Assembly: GCA_964016885.1 (NCBI GenBank) | Contig: CAXHJY010000397.1 | Coordinates: 1 to 64,000 of the forward strand | DNA length: 64,000 nt | From: Eledone cirrhosa | Taxonomy: Eukaryota | Direction: 5' to 3' | Shown here: positions 62,301 through 64,000 of the stretch, piece by piece | Layout of the letters: each line of letters opens with the position of its first letter | Position numbering within the stretch: the stretch's first letter is position 1 | Translations under genes and position numbers: made by a program | Notes under the pieces: model-generated | The model's input: the letters and a program-made list of their open reading frames with translations, nothing else | Told to the model about the DNA's origin: nothing | Databases searched by the model: none

Positions 62301-64000
62301 AGGATAGCTTAGCTTAGCTTAGCTTAGGATAGCTTAGCTTAGCTTAGGATAGCTTAGCTTAGCTTAGCTTAGGATAGCTTAGCTTAGCTTAGGATAGCTT
62401 AGCTTAGCTTAGCTTAGGATAGCTTAGCTTAGCTTAGCGTAGGATAGCTTAGCTTAGCTTAGCTTAGGATAGCTTAGCTTAGCTTAGCTTAGGATAGCTT
62501 AGCTTAGCTTAGGATAGATTAGCTTAGCTTAGGATAGCTTAGCTTAGCTTAGCTTAGGAAAGCTTAGCTTAGCTTAGGATAGCTTAGCTTAGCTTAGCTT
62601 AGGAGAGCTTAGCTTAGCTTAGCTTAGGATAGCTTAGCTTAGCTTAGCTTAGGATAGCTTAGCTTAGCTTAGCTTAGGTAGCTTAGCTTAGCTTAGCTTA
62701 GGATAGCTTAGCTTAGCTTAGCTTAGCTTAGGATAGCTTAGCTTAGCTTAGCTTAGGAGAGCTTAGCTTAGCTTAGCTTAGGATAGCTTAGGATAGCTTA
62801 GCTTAGGATAGCTTAGGATAGCTTACCTTAGGAGAGCTTAGCTTAGGATAGCTTAGCTTAGGATAGCTTAGGATAGCTTAGCTTAGGATAGCTTAGCTTA
62901 GGATAGCTTAGCTTAGGATAGCTTAGGATAGCTTAGCTTAGCTTAGCTTAGGATAGCTTAGCTTAGCTTAGCTTAGGATAGCTTAGCTTAGGTTAGCTTA
63001 GCTTAGCTTAGCTTAGCTTAGGATAGCTTAGCTTAGGATAGCTTAGGATAGCTTAGGATAGCTTAGCTTAGGATAGCTTAGCTTAGGATAGCTTAGGATA
63101 GCTTAGCTTAGGATAGCTTAGGATAGCTTAGCTTAGGATAGCTTAGCTTAGGATAGCTTAGGATAGCTTAGCTTAGCTTAGCTTAGGATAGCTTAGCTTA
63201 GCTTAGCTTAGGATAGCTTAGCTTAGCTTAGGATAGCTTAGCTTAGCTTAGCTTAGGATAGCTTAGGATAGCTTAGCTTAGGATAGCTTAGGATAGCTTA
63301 GCTTAGGATAGCTTAGGATAGCTTAGGATAGCTTAGCTTAGCTTAGCTTAGCTTAGGATAGCTTAGCTTAGCTTAGCTTAGGATAGCTTAGCTTAGCTTA
63401 GCTTAGGATAGCTTAGCTTAGCTTAGGATAGCTTAGCTTAGCTTAGCTTAGGATAGCTTAGCTTAGCTTAGCTTAGGACAGCTTAGCTTAGCTTAGCTTA
63501 GGATAGCTTAGCTTAGCTTAGGATAGCTTAGCTTAGCTTAGCTTAGGATAGCTTAGCTTAGCTTAGCTTAGGATAGCTTAGCTTAGGATAGCTTAGCTTA
63601 GGATAGCTTAGCTTAGGTTAGCTTAGCTTAGCTTAGCTTAGGATAGCTTAGGATAGCTTAGCTTAGGATAGCTTAGCTTAGCTTAGCTTAGCATAGCTTA
63701 GCTTAGCTTAGCTTAGGATAGCTTAGCTTAGCTTAGCTTAGGATAGCTTAGCTTAGCTTAGCTTAGGATAGCTTAGCTTAGGATAGCTTAGGATAGCTTA
63801 GCTTAGCTTAGGATAGCTTAGCTTAGCTTAGCTTAGGATAGCTTAGCTTAGCTTAGGATAGCTTAGCTTAGCTTAGCTTAGGATAGCTTAGCTTAGCTTA
63901 GCTTAGGATAGCTTAGCTTAGCTTAGCTTAGGATAGCTTAGGATAGCTTAGGATAGCTTAGCTTAGCTTAGCTTAGGATAGCTTAGCTTAGCTTAGCTTA

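Larger units (their letters stand above)
1..64000. repeat. Simple-sequence satellite array of pentamers AGCTT/AGGAT, organised as AGGAT(AGCTT)1-7; runs off both window ends
   Basis: Every line parses into AGCTT, AGGAT or rare variants (AGGTT, AGGAG, AGGAA, AGATT, AGCAT, ACCTT, TGCTT, GGCTT, AGGT etc.). No non-repeat insertion and no strand inversion seen. Confidence 0.99.

Noticed and set aside
1-64000. Protein-coding ORF or repetitive protein
   Set aside because: TAG recurs every 5 bp on + and TAA every 5-10 bp on -, cycling through all frames, so no ORF extends beyond a few codons.
1-64000. CRISPR array
   Set aside because: There are no unique spacers between repeats and no cas genes or leader.
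1-64000. Synthetic binary code or DNA data storage (AGCTT=0, AGGAT=1)
   Set aside because: Point variants are inherited in nested, imperfect duplications with lineage structure, as expected of natural satellite evolution. No adapters or indices were seen.
1-64000. Canonical (TTAGG)n telomere tract or G-quadruplex array
   Set aside because: TTAGG is almost never tandem (at most two copies seen), and GGG runs are limited to rare variants.
1-64000. Array of GATA-factor binding sites
   Set aside because: The context is GGATAG, which does not match the WGATAR consensus, and there is no gene context.
1-64000. Pure sequencing or low-complexity artefact
   Set aside because: Rare variants are reproduced in the same order at loci 15-20 kb apart and there are no random indels, which random error would not produce. 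Copy number of individual blocks could still be mis-assembled.

Overview
The whole 64-kb window is one uninterrupted, single-orientation simple satellite array, with no unique flank at either end. It is built from two pentamers, AGCTT (major) and AGGAT (minor), arranged as AGGAT(AGCTT)n with n=1-7 (n=4, a 25-mer, is the most common by eye). It is about 40% GC and almost CpG-free. Stop codons recur in all six frames (TAG every 5 bp on +, TAA every 5-10 bp on -), so there are no genes, and I see no RNA genes, mobile elements or CRISPR. The information lies in the hidden structure. Rare variant pentamers act as markers and reveal nested periodicity: 5 bp, 25 bp, a ~1.8-2.5 kb cassette spacing, local tandem duplications of 0.4-2.3 kb, and imperfect 13-20 kb segmental repeats. 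All 26 register shifts in the window are the same 4-bp unit, AGGT. It is most likely eukaryotic heterochromatic (peri/centromeric or subtelomeric) satellite, but the organism and function cannot be determined from the sequence alone. Coordinates were read by eye and block boundaries are approximate.
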